A stretch of 64,000 bases of DNA from Octopus sinensis (Eukaryota), in contig NC_043014.1 of assembly GCF_006345805.1 (NCBI RefSeq), positions 55,242,001 through 55,306,000 of the forward strand, given 5' to 3'. The notes below the pieces were generated by a model that was not told where the DNA came from, did no database searches, and saw nothing but the letters and a program-made list of their open reading frames with translations. Below, piece by piece: positions 1 to 13,153 of this stretch (its first letter is position 1; each line of letters starts with the position of its first letter). The position numbers and the translations under genes are program-made.

Positions 1-398
1 TAATAGTTAGACACAAGGCCTGGAATTTTAGGGGATAGGTAAGTTGATTGCATCGACCCCCGGTGATCAACTGGTACTTATTTTACTGACCCCGAAAAAA
101 ATGAAAAGTCAAGTCGACCTCAGCGGAATTTGAACTCAAAACATAAAGACACGAAACGCTGCTAAGCATTTTGCTCGGCAAGCTATAACGATTCTGCCAA
201 ACCGCCACCTTTAGTGTATGTACTACTACTACTACTACTACTACTAATAATAATAATAATAATGATAATAATAATGATAATAATAATAATCATCATCATT
301 TAGCGTCCGTTTTCCATAAATGATGATGATTATTATTATTATTATTATCATTATTATTAGTAATAGTAGTAGTAGTAGTAATAGTAGTAATGATGATG

Positions 399-431
<33 letters not shown>

Positions 432-1217
432 GTTACTGAGACAGTCACACAGAGTTACACACTCACGCACACACACCCACATCCAAAACAGTGACGTACA
501 GACACGACACAGTCACACACACAAACACAGTTACAATGACAATCAGAAACTCACACAATCTCTTTATCTCACACACACAGAGACCTGTCCATGCACTGAA
601 TATCAATGTGATTATTTTTAGCCTTCCCACCTGTTCAAATAAAGTCATTCTCCGGGAAGAACCAACCGTCAACTGCTCAGTCCCTTTGTTTGCTAGAAAT
701 AGTAGGCAAATTTCCATCACAGCTGATCATCTAAAGGCACTGTATAATGCAGTCATAGGTATACTGTCTAAACAAAAGACAGGATGGTCACGACTGGAAC
801 ACCTTTAATTATATGTCTATGTTTGATCAGGGCTAAAGAACTAAAGTTAAGTTGTTAACTTCATTCTGGACCAATCAGCGAGAAAGCTTCTGTGTGATTT
901 ATCTGACCTACAAGAAATAGCAGCCAAATCACCTTTGAAATCACAACCCAGTGGTCTTTGATCACAAAATCCTCAATACACTATCCTGAACATATATGAA
1001 TGTGTGCAGGTATGTGTGTGTGTGTGTGTGTGTATACACACACATTTATACACTTATATATGTATATATATATATATAGATTGAATCTATATACACCCAG
1101 GCCTATTCCTCATTTATTTTTTTTAGGTGGGGGATAGCCACAACAAGATACACACCAGGCATTTTATTCATTTCCCAGATCAAATAGATCATATATATGT
1201 ATGTGTGTATATATATA

Positions 1218-1270
<53 letters not shown>

Positions 1271-1624
1271 TGTGTGTTGTGTGTGTGTGTATACTTGGAC
1301 ACTTTTGATCATACATGACCCGATCGCAGCTAACCCAGTGCTGAATAACAACTAAAATAGTTACATAATTGGAATACAGGTAGGCCATAAAAAGACACCT
1401 TATACTTTATTACCACAAACAGGCCAGCTATGGAATGTGTGTATAATACACCCTTCTCAAAGTTGCTCAATTGTGAAACTTCAAGTGTGTGGGGGCATGC
1501 GTGGGTGCGTGCGTGTCTATACAACCTTCCAACTGACTTATTTCAAACCATGTTGCAACCACATGTCAAATGATGAGTACTTCAGAATGTGTTTCATACC
1601 ATGTACACAACCAGAGCAGCCAAA

Positions 1625-2052
1625 TGGCTTTTGTGCCGGTGGCACGTAAAAGGGCACCATTCAAGCGTGATCATTACCAACGTTGCCTTACTGGCACCTG
1701 TGCCGGTGGCATGTGTAAAAAGATTCGAGCGAGGTCATTGCCAGTACCACCTGACTGGCCGCTGTGCTGTGGCACGTAAAAGGGCACCATTCGAGCGTAA
1801 TCGTTACCAACGTCGCCTTACTGGCACCTGTAAAATGATTCGAGCGGGGTCATTGCCAGTACCGCCTGACTGGCACGTAAAAAGCACCCACTACACTCTC
1901 GGAGTGGTTGGTGTTAGGAAGGGCATCCAGCTGTAGAAACTCTGCCAGATTATGATTGGAGCCTGGTGCGGCCGTCTGGTTCGCCAGCCCTCAGTCAAAA
2001 TCGTCCAACCCATGCCAGCATGGAAAGCGGACGTTAAATGATGATGATGATG
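1625..2052 (+). mobile_element. RTE-3'UTR-type element
   Basis: Several GTGGCACGTAAAA units, a conserved 3' block and a (GAT)n tail. Confidence 0.85.
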
Positions 2053-3490
2053 ACAACATAACAGGTCGAAGGATTAATAATATAATAAGAGAAATGGTGG
2101 GAGATACACACACACATGTACTATACATTTATCTTCCTCTACAGCAAGACTTGTGATTCTGTTTAACATCTTATCACCTGGTACAAAGCCACCTCCCTCG
2201 ATACTCTCCCTCAGCCATTAGAAGGGCCTTGTCTAGCAAGTTACCTGGGGAACCTCACTGATGCTGGTGCCATGTAAAAAGCACCCAGTACACTGGGACA
2301 GAAGTGGTTGGCGTTGCAGAGGACACCCAGCTGTAGAAACTATGCCAAAGCAGACTGTTGGAGCTTAGCACAGGATTCTGGTTCATTGGATCCTATCAAA
2401 ATCATCCAACCCATGCCAGCATGGAAAGCATACATGGCGTTTAGTGTGAAAATAATTTAGGTTTGTCTCTGAGTGAGAATCTATCAATGACAATGACAAG
2501 GTTACAGAACTGTGATGATTAGTTTCTCCACATCAATATAGACTATGCACTATTAAGAGAGAAACAAACAAGCATATACACACATACAAACATATATATA
2601 TTTCTACAGACATGTGTGTGTGTGTATATATACGTGCTGAGGGCACGTAAAAAGCACTATCCAAACATGATCGATACCAGGCATGCCTGGCTGGTTCCTG
2701 TACCAGTGGTACGTAAAAGGCACTATCTGGATGTGATCGATGCCAGGTCCGCCTGACTGGCCCCCATGCCAGTGGCACGTAAAAAGCACCCACTATACTC
2801 TCAGAGAGGTTGGCGTTAGGAAGGACATCCAGCTGTAGAAACATTGCCAGATCAGATTGGAGCCCGGTGCAGCCTTCTGGCTTTCCAGACCTCAGTCAAA
2901 CCGTCCAACCCATGCCAGCATGGAAAACAGATGTTAAACGATGATGATGATGATGTATATATATATATATATACGACAGTTTTTTTCTCTTTTTTTCCTG
3001 TCCAATTAAGTGCCTAAAATGACTCTTGTATGAAACGATTGTTTCTGTTTTAACAGCACAGTCTCATAGCGAGACACCTGCCAAACAGGTCCAACTCTGA
3101 AATGATTTATTTGATTAAGATGAAACATTATCTTTTTCACCTTCAACATCTTCTTCAGCTATTTCAATCAACAGGTGACTTTACACCTGTCCACATAATA
3201 GCCACTACCAGAATCAACGTCATCATCACGCTTTTAATGGTTTCCACCTTTCCATGGTTGCATGGTGAAGGACATTAATATGGGTCGGAGAAAGTTTATT
3301 GAGCCAGATACTCTATGGCCGCACACTCTTCCTGTTGCCGAGCAAGGTGATATTTTTCCCACGGTCAGACATATTTTTAGCAGAATATTGGAAACGAACG
3401 CCTTTCATATACAACAAATGCGTAACGTTAAGACAAGGTGACACAAAGAAACATACACGTACACACACATTTGTATATGGGTGTATCCTT

Positions 3491-4104
3491 TTGCTCTTTT
3501 ACTGGTTTCACTCATTTGACTGTGGCCATGCTGGAGCACCCACAGCCTTAAAGGGTTTTAGTCATAGAACTCGACCCCAGGACTTATTCTTTGTAAGCCT
3601 AGTACTTGTTCTATTGGTCTCATTTGCTGAACCGCTAAGTTACAGGAACATAAACACATCAGCATCGGTTGTCAAGTGGATGGTAGTGAGGTAAACACAC
3701 ACACATATATATATATATACACACACATATATATATATATACACACACATATATATATATACACACACATATATATATATACACACACATATATATATAT
3801 ACATACACACACATATATATATATATACACACATATATATATATATATAGACACACATATATATATACATACACATAAATATATGCATGCATATAGCTAT
3901 ATATACACACACACATATATATCTATACATACATATATATACACAAATATATACATACATATATACACACATATAAATATATACATACATATATATATAT
4001 ACACACATAAATATAATACACACATAAATATATACATATATATATACACAAACACAAATATATATATATACACACACACACACACATACAATGGACTATA
4101 TATA

Positions 4105-4143
<39 letters not shown>

Positions 4144-4315
4144 TACATACATACATACATGATGGGTTTCTTTTAGTTTCTAGCAACCAAATCCCCTCAC
4201 AAGGCAACGGTTGGCCAAAGGCTATAGTAGGAGAGAGAAACTTGCCCAAGGTGCCATGCAATGAGACTGAATCCAAAATCATGTGGCCAGGAAGTGAACA
4301 CAGCCACACCTGCAC
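3491..4315 (-). mobile_element. CORE-like SINE (family A) with a greatly expanded internal (TA/CA)n tract
   Basis: The 3' half (3491-3690) and 5' half (4160-4315) are separated by about 470 bp of microsatellite at the usual internal repeat position. Confidence 0.8.
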
Positions 4316-4595
4316 TTTAATCTAATCTTAATCCAGCATAATCTATTAAATTCAATAACACAGTTAGTTTATATCAAGGTCATAACAGTCGTAGTGGCCC
4401 TCACCACAGACTTTATAAATCCTTCACCATATTTATTAATCTTTCAGCATCTCACTAGCGTTTTGCCATCAACCCATTCACTACCAGATTTCTTCTGAAA
4501 AATACTTAATTTCAATTAAGTTTGAAAGTAACAAAGTAATTAGTAAAATAACTGTCGTTATTAAGCTGGTGTTTAAAACATAACTTGATTTATAT

Positions 4596-5015
4596 ATTTC
4601 TTTACAACCCACAAGGGGCTAAACACAGAGAGGACAAACAAAGACAGACAAAGGGATTAAGTCGATTACATAGACCCCAGTGCGTAACTGGTACTTAATT
4701 TATCGACCCCGAAAGGATGAAAGGCAAAGTCGACCTCGACGGAATTTGAACTCAGAACGTAACGACAGACGAAATACCTATTTCTATTTCTTTATTACCC
4801 ACAAGGGGCTAAATACAGAGGGGACAAACAAGGACAGACAAAGGGATTAAGTCGATTACATAGACCCTAGTGTGAAACTGGTTCTTAATTTATCGACCCT
4901 GAAAAGATGAAAGGCAAAGTCGACCTCGACGGAATTTGAACTCAGAACGTAACAACAGACGAAATACCGCTAAGCATTTTGCCCGGCGCGCTAAAGTGTC
5001 TGCCAGCTCGCCGCC
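4596..5015 (-). mobile_element. tRNA-headed SINE (family B), head-to-tail dimer
   Basis: Read on the minus strand, the head GGCGGCGAGCTGGCAG has a B-box GAGTTCAAATTCC. Two units are flanked by the 16-bp direct repeat CATAACTTGATTTATA (4579-94, 5021-36). Confidence 0.9.
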
Positions 5016-5454
5016 GATATCATAACTTGATTTATAATTCTTATGGAAGGTTTTAATTAAGAGAACCTTAAAAGAGGAAGTTTGTATGATAGAAGCAGGA
5101 GCACTCTTGGACAAGTTGGTATCAAAAGGATTGACTGAGATTCAACTTGTATGTCTAAGATCTTGTTTAACTCTAAAGAATTTCAAGACCGGTGGTTCTT
5201 AACCTTTTTTTAATATCCAGGCGAGATCCAAAACCTGGATTTTTTTAGGGGGCTGCACCAAAAAGGTTAAGCAGATGTCAGTTGAAGAAAATTTGATTAT
5301 ATTTATTGAGGGGACTGCCAGAAGGATACTTGAGGGCTGCATGCATCCCTAGGGGTCGAAATTCAGGACCACAGTGGGACTACACCTGAAACCATGTGAT
5401 AGTGCAGTAAACTTAACCAATCATATACCCACATTATACACACACTGTATATAT

Positions 5455-5858
5455 ACTCTTTACTCTTTTACTTGTTTCAGTCATTTGACTGCGGCCATGC
5501 TGGAGCACCACCTTTAGTTGAGCAAATCGACCCCGGGACTTATTCTTTTTGTAAGCCCAGTACTTATTCTATCGGTCTCTTTTGCCGAACTGCTAAGTAA
5601 CGGGGACGTAAACACACCAGCATCGGTTGTCAAGCAATGCCAGGGAGACAAACACAAACACACACACACACACATACATATATATACATATATACGACGG
5701 GCTTCTTTCAGTTTCCGTCTACCAAATCCACTCACAAGGCATTGGTCGGCGCGGGGCTATAGCAGAAGACACTTGCCCAAGGTGCCACGCAGTGGGACTG
5801 AACCTGGAACCATGTGGTTGGTTAGCAAGCTACTTACCACACAGCCACTCCTGCGCCT
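5455..5858 (-). mobile_element. CORE-like SINE (family A), full length
   Basis: Read on the minus strand: head GGCGCAGGAGTGGCTGTGTGGTAAG, CORE-like GGCACCTTGGGCAAGTGTCTT, internal microsatellite and (AAAGAGT)n tail. Confidence 0.9.
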
Positions 5859-6422
5859 ATCTTTTTTTGTTTACTTGTTTCAGTCATTAGACTGTGGCCA
5901 TGCTGGGACACCACCTTCAAGAATTTTCTTTCGTTAAACAAATCGACCCCAGAATTCATTATTGTTTTTAAAGCTTAGTGCTTATTTTATAGGTCTCTCT
6001 TGCTGAACCGCTAAGTTACGGGGATATAACCACACCAACACTGGTTGTCCAGTGGTGATGGTGGTAACAGGACAAGCAGAGACACAAAGCCACACACACA
6101 CACACATATGACAGGGTTATTTCAATTTCCTTTTACCAGATCCCTTCACAAGGATTTGAACAGCCCGAGGCTATAGTAGAAGACACTCACCCGAGGTGCC
6201 ACCTGGTGGGACTGAATCCAGAACCATATAGCCACACCTGTGCTTACACACATTATATATAGCCATTCAAGAATTTGGACCTGGAGATCTCCATTTCCGG
6301 CGACTTCAAAGACCACTTCCCAGTGGTGTCTGGCGTCAACGAAGAGCCCTTGACTATAACAAGACAACCAAAGTATTTATTTTTTTCCAAGGTCAGGGGT
6401 CTCCCGCCCCTAAGCCCTAGAC

Positions 6423-6639
6423 TAGTGCTTTTCAAACTTTTTGCTGGAGCAGAACCCCAAGGAAACAATCCACTGGCTCCAGGAACCCCTGTGCAATAAT
6501 TTAATAGTCTTATGCACACATATCTGCACAGGACTTAAAAATTACTGCTGATTTTAGCAGTTTTGTAACTTCTTGCGGAACCCCTGCACTGTACTGGCGG
6601 AACCCTAAGGTTCCGCGGAATCCTGGTTGAAAACCACTG
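6423..6639. mobile_element. hAT (Charlie-like) MITE
   Basis: Imperfect TIRs TAGTGCTTTTCAAAC / GTTGAAAACCACTG and a perfect 8-bp TSD CCCTAGAC (6415-22, 6640-47). Confidence 0.85.
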
Positions 6640-7384
6640 CCCTAGACCATCACCTAATCACCCTTACCCGTTTGTTGCTTAACAACAACAACACATCATA
6701 TATATATCTGTGTGTCTGTGGGTGTGTCTCATATTGTAAATCCTGTCGATATTATATATCAAACAAAGGCAAACAGTATGGAGGGGTGGGGTCAATACTA
6801 ATAATAAAAACTCTGTCCAAAGTGATCAAAAAGAACAGAGATTGGACAAACTGCATCTGAGTCAGCAAAAATTACAAAATAAAAATCCTGTTTGGACAGC
6901 TTCAGATGCCATGGAGGTGAAGGGGTTAGAGAAACAGAATGGGGACTGACCCATATGACTGTCTCCCTCTCAGGCAAGGAGGGGTCAATCTCTAAATAGT
7001 AGTATTCACTTTGCTATTCCACCAGTTCTCTCCTGCTACCCAGGTAGGTATACAAACTTCTTACTGCTAATCGAAGTGGAAACAATTGGTGTAACAGGCA
7101 AGAAGGAAGATGTGTTGTGATATGAGCAGGGTATTTGGGAGGGAACCAATGAGAAGTCGAGTAAACAAGGAAACGGTTTTCAAAGACGTGTGAGTGTGTG
7201 TGTGTGACAGAGGTAGAATAGAATAAATATGGAAATGAATGAATATATATGCACACAAACACACACACGGATATACATACAATACATACATCATGTGACT
7301 GACCAGACTATCAGATGTTGTTACGCACCGCTAGTCACAATGCGCTTTGCATATATATATATATAAATATAAAACAATTAGTGA

Positions 7385-7500
7385 ACAGGTCGTGGATTTT
7401 AGCGACGAAAATATTTTGACAAATTAAACTTAAATGTTGAAGTGAATCGAACGGCTTTTGTGTGTTTCTTAAATGGCTTACAAACACCTTCCACGCTGCA
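7385..7500. repeat. Dispersed repeat with an inverted near-identical copy at 34332-34455
   Basis: TGCAGCGTGGAAGGTGTTTGTAAGCCATTTAAGAAACAC...TTTCGTCGCT is shared between the two sites. Confidence 0.85.
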
Positions 7501-7684
7501 ATTGTTTTCGTTCCAGCACACGATCTCAGATCAAATCACTTGCTATCCAAGTACATCTCTGTAATATATATATATATATATATATATATCAAATATATTT
7601 GATATATTCTCTCTCACCTCTGCCACTATCTGGCATATACAGGTGCTTACACTTATAAAGTATTCACCCTAAATTTGCAGTACC

Positions 7685-7735
<51 letters not shown>

Positions 7736-7861
7736 TATGCGTGCACGCACACATACATACAAGGTAATTCAAAATGAATGGTACAAAAAAAATATCTGTA
7801 AGTGCTACAATGAATATATTGCAAAAAATTGTATCATTCATTGTGAATTGCCCTGTGTGTG

Positions 7862-7930
7862 TGTAGATAGATAGATAGATAGATATAGGGATAGATAGAT
7901 AGATAGATATAGATAGATAGATATAGGTAG

Positions 7931-7964
<34 letters not shown>

Positions 7965-8030
7965 GTAGATAGATAGATATAGGTAGAGATAGATAGATAG
8001 ATAGATAAATAGAGAGAGAGAGAGATAGAT
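7862..8030 (+). repeat. (GATA)n microsatellite
   Basis: Direct reading of the sequence. Confidence 0.95.
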
Positions 8031-9627
8031 GATCGGCAAAAACCTTTGAGGACACTAGTTCTCGGAAACTAGTAAAAAAATGTGTGTGGGTACTTATTAT
8101 AACAAAGACCAAAATCAATTAAGAAGCTTGTGTGTGTGTAGGCAGCGAGATGGATGAATAAAGAGAAAGATGAATTTGTATATAATAATCAAAGAGTGCT
8201 TCTCCTCCCTTCATCGAATCTCTCTACCCACAGCCACCCTGTTCTCACTGACACATGACTCTTACGAATGAAGGCCACCTAGGTTTGTAGCATGGCAGTG
8301 TATGTGTGTGTGCGTGTGTGTGTGTGTGTGTGTGCATGTGTGTGTGTGTGCATGTGTGTATGTGTGTGTGTGCATGTGTGTGTATGTGCATGTGTGTGTG
8401 TGCGTATGTGTGTGTCTCTCTCTCTCACACACACATGTATGTATAATGTATGTGCATATGTATACATTCACTATATACATACATATATACACACACACAG
8501 ATGCACTTATAAATACATGGAGCTGTAAAGCTATTTATCGATTGATTATTGATTTCCCTCACCAACAACAACACACACACACACACACATACACACAGAG
8601 AGGCGATCCTTTCAGAATCTATCCCTCCATCATGAGTGTAAAGCTAAAATTGAGATTTTTCGCAATATTCCCCCATATTCGTTATTAATCTTCCTCGTCA
8701 ATTCCGAGAAGCAACAAACGAGTCTCTTAAACCATCAAACCGTGAAGTCTTTAAGTAAGATTTTAAAGATTCGTTTATCATTGGATAAACGAATCTTAAA
8801 ACAGCAGGATGTAGTAGTAGTAGTGGTGGTAGAGGTGGTAGTAGTAGTAATAGTAGTAGTAGTGGTGGTAGAGGTGGTAGTAGTAGAATAGTAGTAGTAG
8901 TAATAGTAATTGTCATAGTAGTAGTAGTAGTAGTAGTAGCAGCAGCAGTAGTAGTAGTAATAGTAGTAGTAGAGATTATAATTGAAAATATAGAAGAGAA
9001 ACGAAGAGTGGTCATGGTTGGATCTGCTTTGATCACAGGCCTACTAATTTCGACTTCGACCTAGGGCTAAATACTAAACAACAACAACAACAACAATAGC
9101 ACGCAAGTTTCAAGGAGTGAAAAAATATTATCTCCAGCGCTTACTGCGTGTGTAGCTTTGTTTCATTAAAGGCAGTTCAAAGGTGAAAGATTTATGGAAC
9201 GATGGGGGTGTAGGTGTGCGTACACACACACACACACACACAGGTGCAACTGCGTGGTAAGAAATTTGCTTCCCAACCACATGGTTTAGGGTTCAGTCCC
9301 ACTGTGTGGCCACCTTGGGCAAGCGTCTTCTACTATAGCCTCAGGCCGACCAAAGTCATGTAAAGTGAATTTGGTTGATGGAAACTCAGAGAAGCCTGTC
9401 GTTGTGTGTGTGTGTGTGTGTGTGGTGTGTGTGTGTGTGTGACTCCCAACCTGTAAAGATCCATCCGTCCATGCTCTTCATACACCCACCCACAATAATA
9501 ATCCTTTCTGCTATAGATCAATGGTTCCCAACATTTTCACTACCAAGGACCCCTTTCATTTAAATGAATTTTCCCACAGACCCCGTTTTAATATGCTTAT
9601 CCTTATGGATGTATATATATATATAAT

Positions 9628-10266
9628 TTTACTTGTTTCAGTTATTCGTTTGCTGCCAAGCTGGAGCACCACCTTTAGTCAAACAAATTGACCCCAGGAC
9701 TTATTCTATCGACCTCTTGCCGAACTGCTAAGTTACGTGGACGCAAACACATCAACATCAGTTGTCAAGCAACAGTGGGGGGGGAGGCAGACACACACAC
9801 ACACACATATATATATATATCACGTGACCGACCATACCATCGCTGGTCACAATGCGCTTCGCATTGTTTTAGCCTCCAAATGACGCCACCCCGCTGGCTA
9901 AGCGAACAGGCCAACAGAAGAAAGAGTGAGAGAAAGAATGGTGAAAGAGTACAGCAGGGATCACCACCCCCTGCCGGAGTCTCGTGGAGCTTTTAGGCGT
10001 TTTCGCTCGATAAACACTCACAGCGCTCGGTCTGGGAATCGAAACTGCGATCCTATGACCGCGAGTCCGCTGCGCTAACAACTGGGCCATTGCGCCTCCA
10101 TATATATACATATGATGGTCTTCTTTCAGTTTCCATTCTACCAAATCCATTCACAAGGCTTTGGTTGGCCCGAGGCTAAAGTAGAAGACGCCTGCCCAAA
10201 GTGCCACATAGTGGGACTGAACCCTGAACCATGTGGTTCATAAGCAAGCTACTTACCACACAGCCA
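9628..10266 (-). mobile_element. Family-A SINE interrupted by another SINE
   Basis: The two halves flank an insert at 9821-10099 within the internal (AT)n. Confidence 0.85.
9821..10099 (-). mobile_element. Distinct tRNA-derived SINE (family D)
   Basis: Minus-strand head GGAGGCGCAATGGCCCAGTTGTTAGCGCAGCGG...GTTTCGATTCCCAG with A- and B-box. Its tail is also present at about 7283-7350. Confidence 0.8.
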
Positions 10267-10831
10267 TATATATATATATATGAAATTTTGAATTTAGTTC
10301 ACAGACCCCCAGTACTACCTTTGTGAACCACTAGGGGTCCACAGGCCACAGGTTAGGAACAACTATGCCATAGGCTCAAGACCTAAAATTTGGGGGGAAA
10401 GGGGTTACTTGATGTAATTGATCACAGCGTTCCACTGGTACTTATTTTACTGACCCCAAATGGATGAGACACAACATGGACCCTGGTGACATTTGAACTC
10501 GGAACATAAAGACAGACAAAATGCCACTAAGCGGTTTGTCCAGTGTGGTCAGGGTTCTACCAGTTTTGCTGCCTTAAAATAATAATAATAATAACAACAA
10601 TAATAAGAGATTTCAAACTTTGGCACAAGGCCAGCAATTTCAGAGTTGATTAGATCGACCCACCCACCCACCCAACCCACAGTGCTCAACTGGTACTTGT
10701 TTTATCAACCTGAAAAGGATGAAAGGCAAATTCAGCTCTGGCAGAATTTGAACTCAGGATATAAGGCACCAAAAAGAAACACTGCTAAGATTTTGTCCTG
10801 CATGTTAAAAGTCCTGCCAGCTTGCTGCCTT

Positions 10832-10862
<31 letters not shown>

Positions 10863-10895
10863 TAATAATAATAATAATAATAATAACAATAATTT

Positions 10896-11850
10896 ATTTC
10901 TTTCTTTATTGCCCACAGGGGGCTAAACACAGAGGGGACAAACAAGGACAGACAAACGGATTAAGTCGATTATATCTATAACTAACTAACATATCAACCC
11001 CAGTGCGTAACTGGTACTTAATTTATCGACCCCGAAAGGATGAAAGGCAAAGTTGACCTCATCAGAATTTGAACTCAGAACGTAACGGCAGACGAAATAC
11101 CTATTTCTTTATTACCCACAAGGGGCTAAACATAGAGGGGACAAACAAGGACAGACATAGGTATTAAGTCGATTACATCGACCCCAGTGCGGAACTGGTA
11201 CTTAATTTATCGACCCCGAAAGGATGAAAGGCAAAGTCGACCTCATTAGAATTTGAACTCAGAACGTAACGGCAGACGAAATACCTATTTCTTTATTACC
11301 CACAAGGGGCTAAACATAGAGGGGACAAACAAGGACAGACATAGGTATTAAGTCGATTACATCGACCCCAGTGCGGAACTGGTACTTAATTTATCGACAC
11401 CGAAAGGATGAAAGGCAAAGTCGACCTCATTAGAATTTGAACTCAGAACGTAACGGCAGACGAAATACCTATTTCTTTATTACCACAAGGGGCTAAACAT
11501 AGAGGGGACAAACAAGGACAGACATAGGTATTAAGTCGATTACATCGACCCCAGTGCGGAACTGGTACTTAATTTATCGACACCGAAAGGATGAAAGGCA
11601 AAGTCGACCTCATTAGAATTTGAACTCAGAACGTAACGGCAGACGAAATACCTATTTCTTTATTACCCACAAGGGGTTAAACACAGAGGGGACAAACAAG
11701 GACAGACATAGGTATTAAGTCGATTACATCGACCCCAGTGCGGAACTGGTACTTAATTTATCGACCCCGAAAGGATGAAAGGCAAAGTCAACCTCGAAAT
11801 ACCGCTAAGCATTTCATCAGGCGTGCTAACGATTCACCCAGCTCACCGCC
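10896..11850 (-). mobile_element. Family-B SINE pentamer (about 184-bp units) inside an (AAT)n tract
   Basis: Units start at about 10896, 11103, 11287, 11471 and 11654. Only the rightmost keeps the A-box head. Confidence 0.92.
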
Positions 11851-12114
11851 TTTAATAATAATAATAACAACAACAACAATTCAAACTAATCAATAAGTAT
11901 TGTTTTACCTGAATGAACCTCGCCCAGTTCCCCCCTTCTCCACCCCCCTCTTGTTCCACAATTTACATTGTTGTTTACAAATCCTTATTCAAAAACGTTT
12001 ACTATCTGACATAATGTACATACACAGAATACATTTATTATACACAAACACACCCATGAACGAACACAAAATCACACATGTTTACGTACGCTCAAACAAA
12101 CACACAGCATACAC

Positions 12115-12146
<32 letters not shown>

Positions 12147-12693
12147 GTACATGCCTGAATTTTATCAGAATCCAAAAGTCTAAGCATAAAAAATCACACA
12201 TAGAACAATGAGACAACGAAGGAAGCTTCGTGTTGGTCAGTCTCTCTGCTAGAAATTGTAGTTAAATCTGCCTTAAAAAAATTTACAATGAATCACCTTC
12301 AAAAAGTAAAAACAGACGACGCCTAAGGAAAATGGAAACCCCCGCTTAACCGATGCTTTGACAAAACCCAGAAGATGATCCCAGCTGGAGATCCTCCGAT
12401 CCTAATGTGTCGGATTAGGGATCAACTCAAAACAATGTTAACAGATGATCCCCTACGCAAAAATAATATTATTATTTGCCACCCAAGCCATTTTCAAAGC
12501 AGATGAGGGGCTTGTTCCCTTAGGGGTAGTGGAAAGATTGAAAACGGGTGGGGATGAGGAAAAAGGAGCAGCCGTGATGGTTGTAGGGTAGTTCTTCCTA
12601 TGTAGTGACACACAATATAATGATTTATTTATATTTATGTAAGATCAGACAGCATTAACTTGTATTTATATAATTAGATTACACATGCACATT

Positions 12694-12771
<78 letters not shown>

Positions 12772-12951
12772 AGATAAGAAAAATGAATTGATTGCATCAC
12801 AATCATTAACATTTATGTATTAACTTTGTTGGGTGCTTCACTAGCAGTATATTGGATATATGTTATCCCATGGAGGGTTGCATTTACAACCCCTATCTCA
12901 ATTTGTATGTATATATATATATATGTATAATATATAATAGAATAATAAAAA

Positions 12952-13153
12952 GGCGGTAAGCTGGCAGAATCGTTAGCACGCCGGGCAAAATGCTTAGTTC
13001 AAATTCCGCCAAGGTCGACTTTGCCTTTCATCATTTCGGGGTCAATGAAATAAGTACCAGTTATGCACTGGGGTCGATAAAATCGACTTAATCCGTTTGT
13101 CTGTCCTTGTTTGTCCCCTCTGTGTGTAGCCCCTTGTGGGCAGTAAAGAGATA
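12952..13153 (+). mobile_element. Family-B SINE monomer (internal deletion)
   Basis: Head GGCGGTAAGCTGGCAGAATCG, central GCCTTTCATC...GGGGTC...AAGTACCAG and tail GCCCCTTGTGGGCAGTAAAG. Confidence 0.85.

Noticed and set aside
3115-3180. Acidic minus-strand peptide LIEIAEEDVEGEKDNVSS* as a possible SNRK terminal exon
   Set aside because: No convincing acceptor and no recognisable SNRK similarity.
11103-11286. Retrozyme (ribozyme-containing tandem unit) hypothesis for the 184-bp SINE units
   Set aside because: There is no CUGANGA core on either strand, and the unit carries a tRNA-type B-box.
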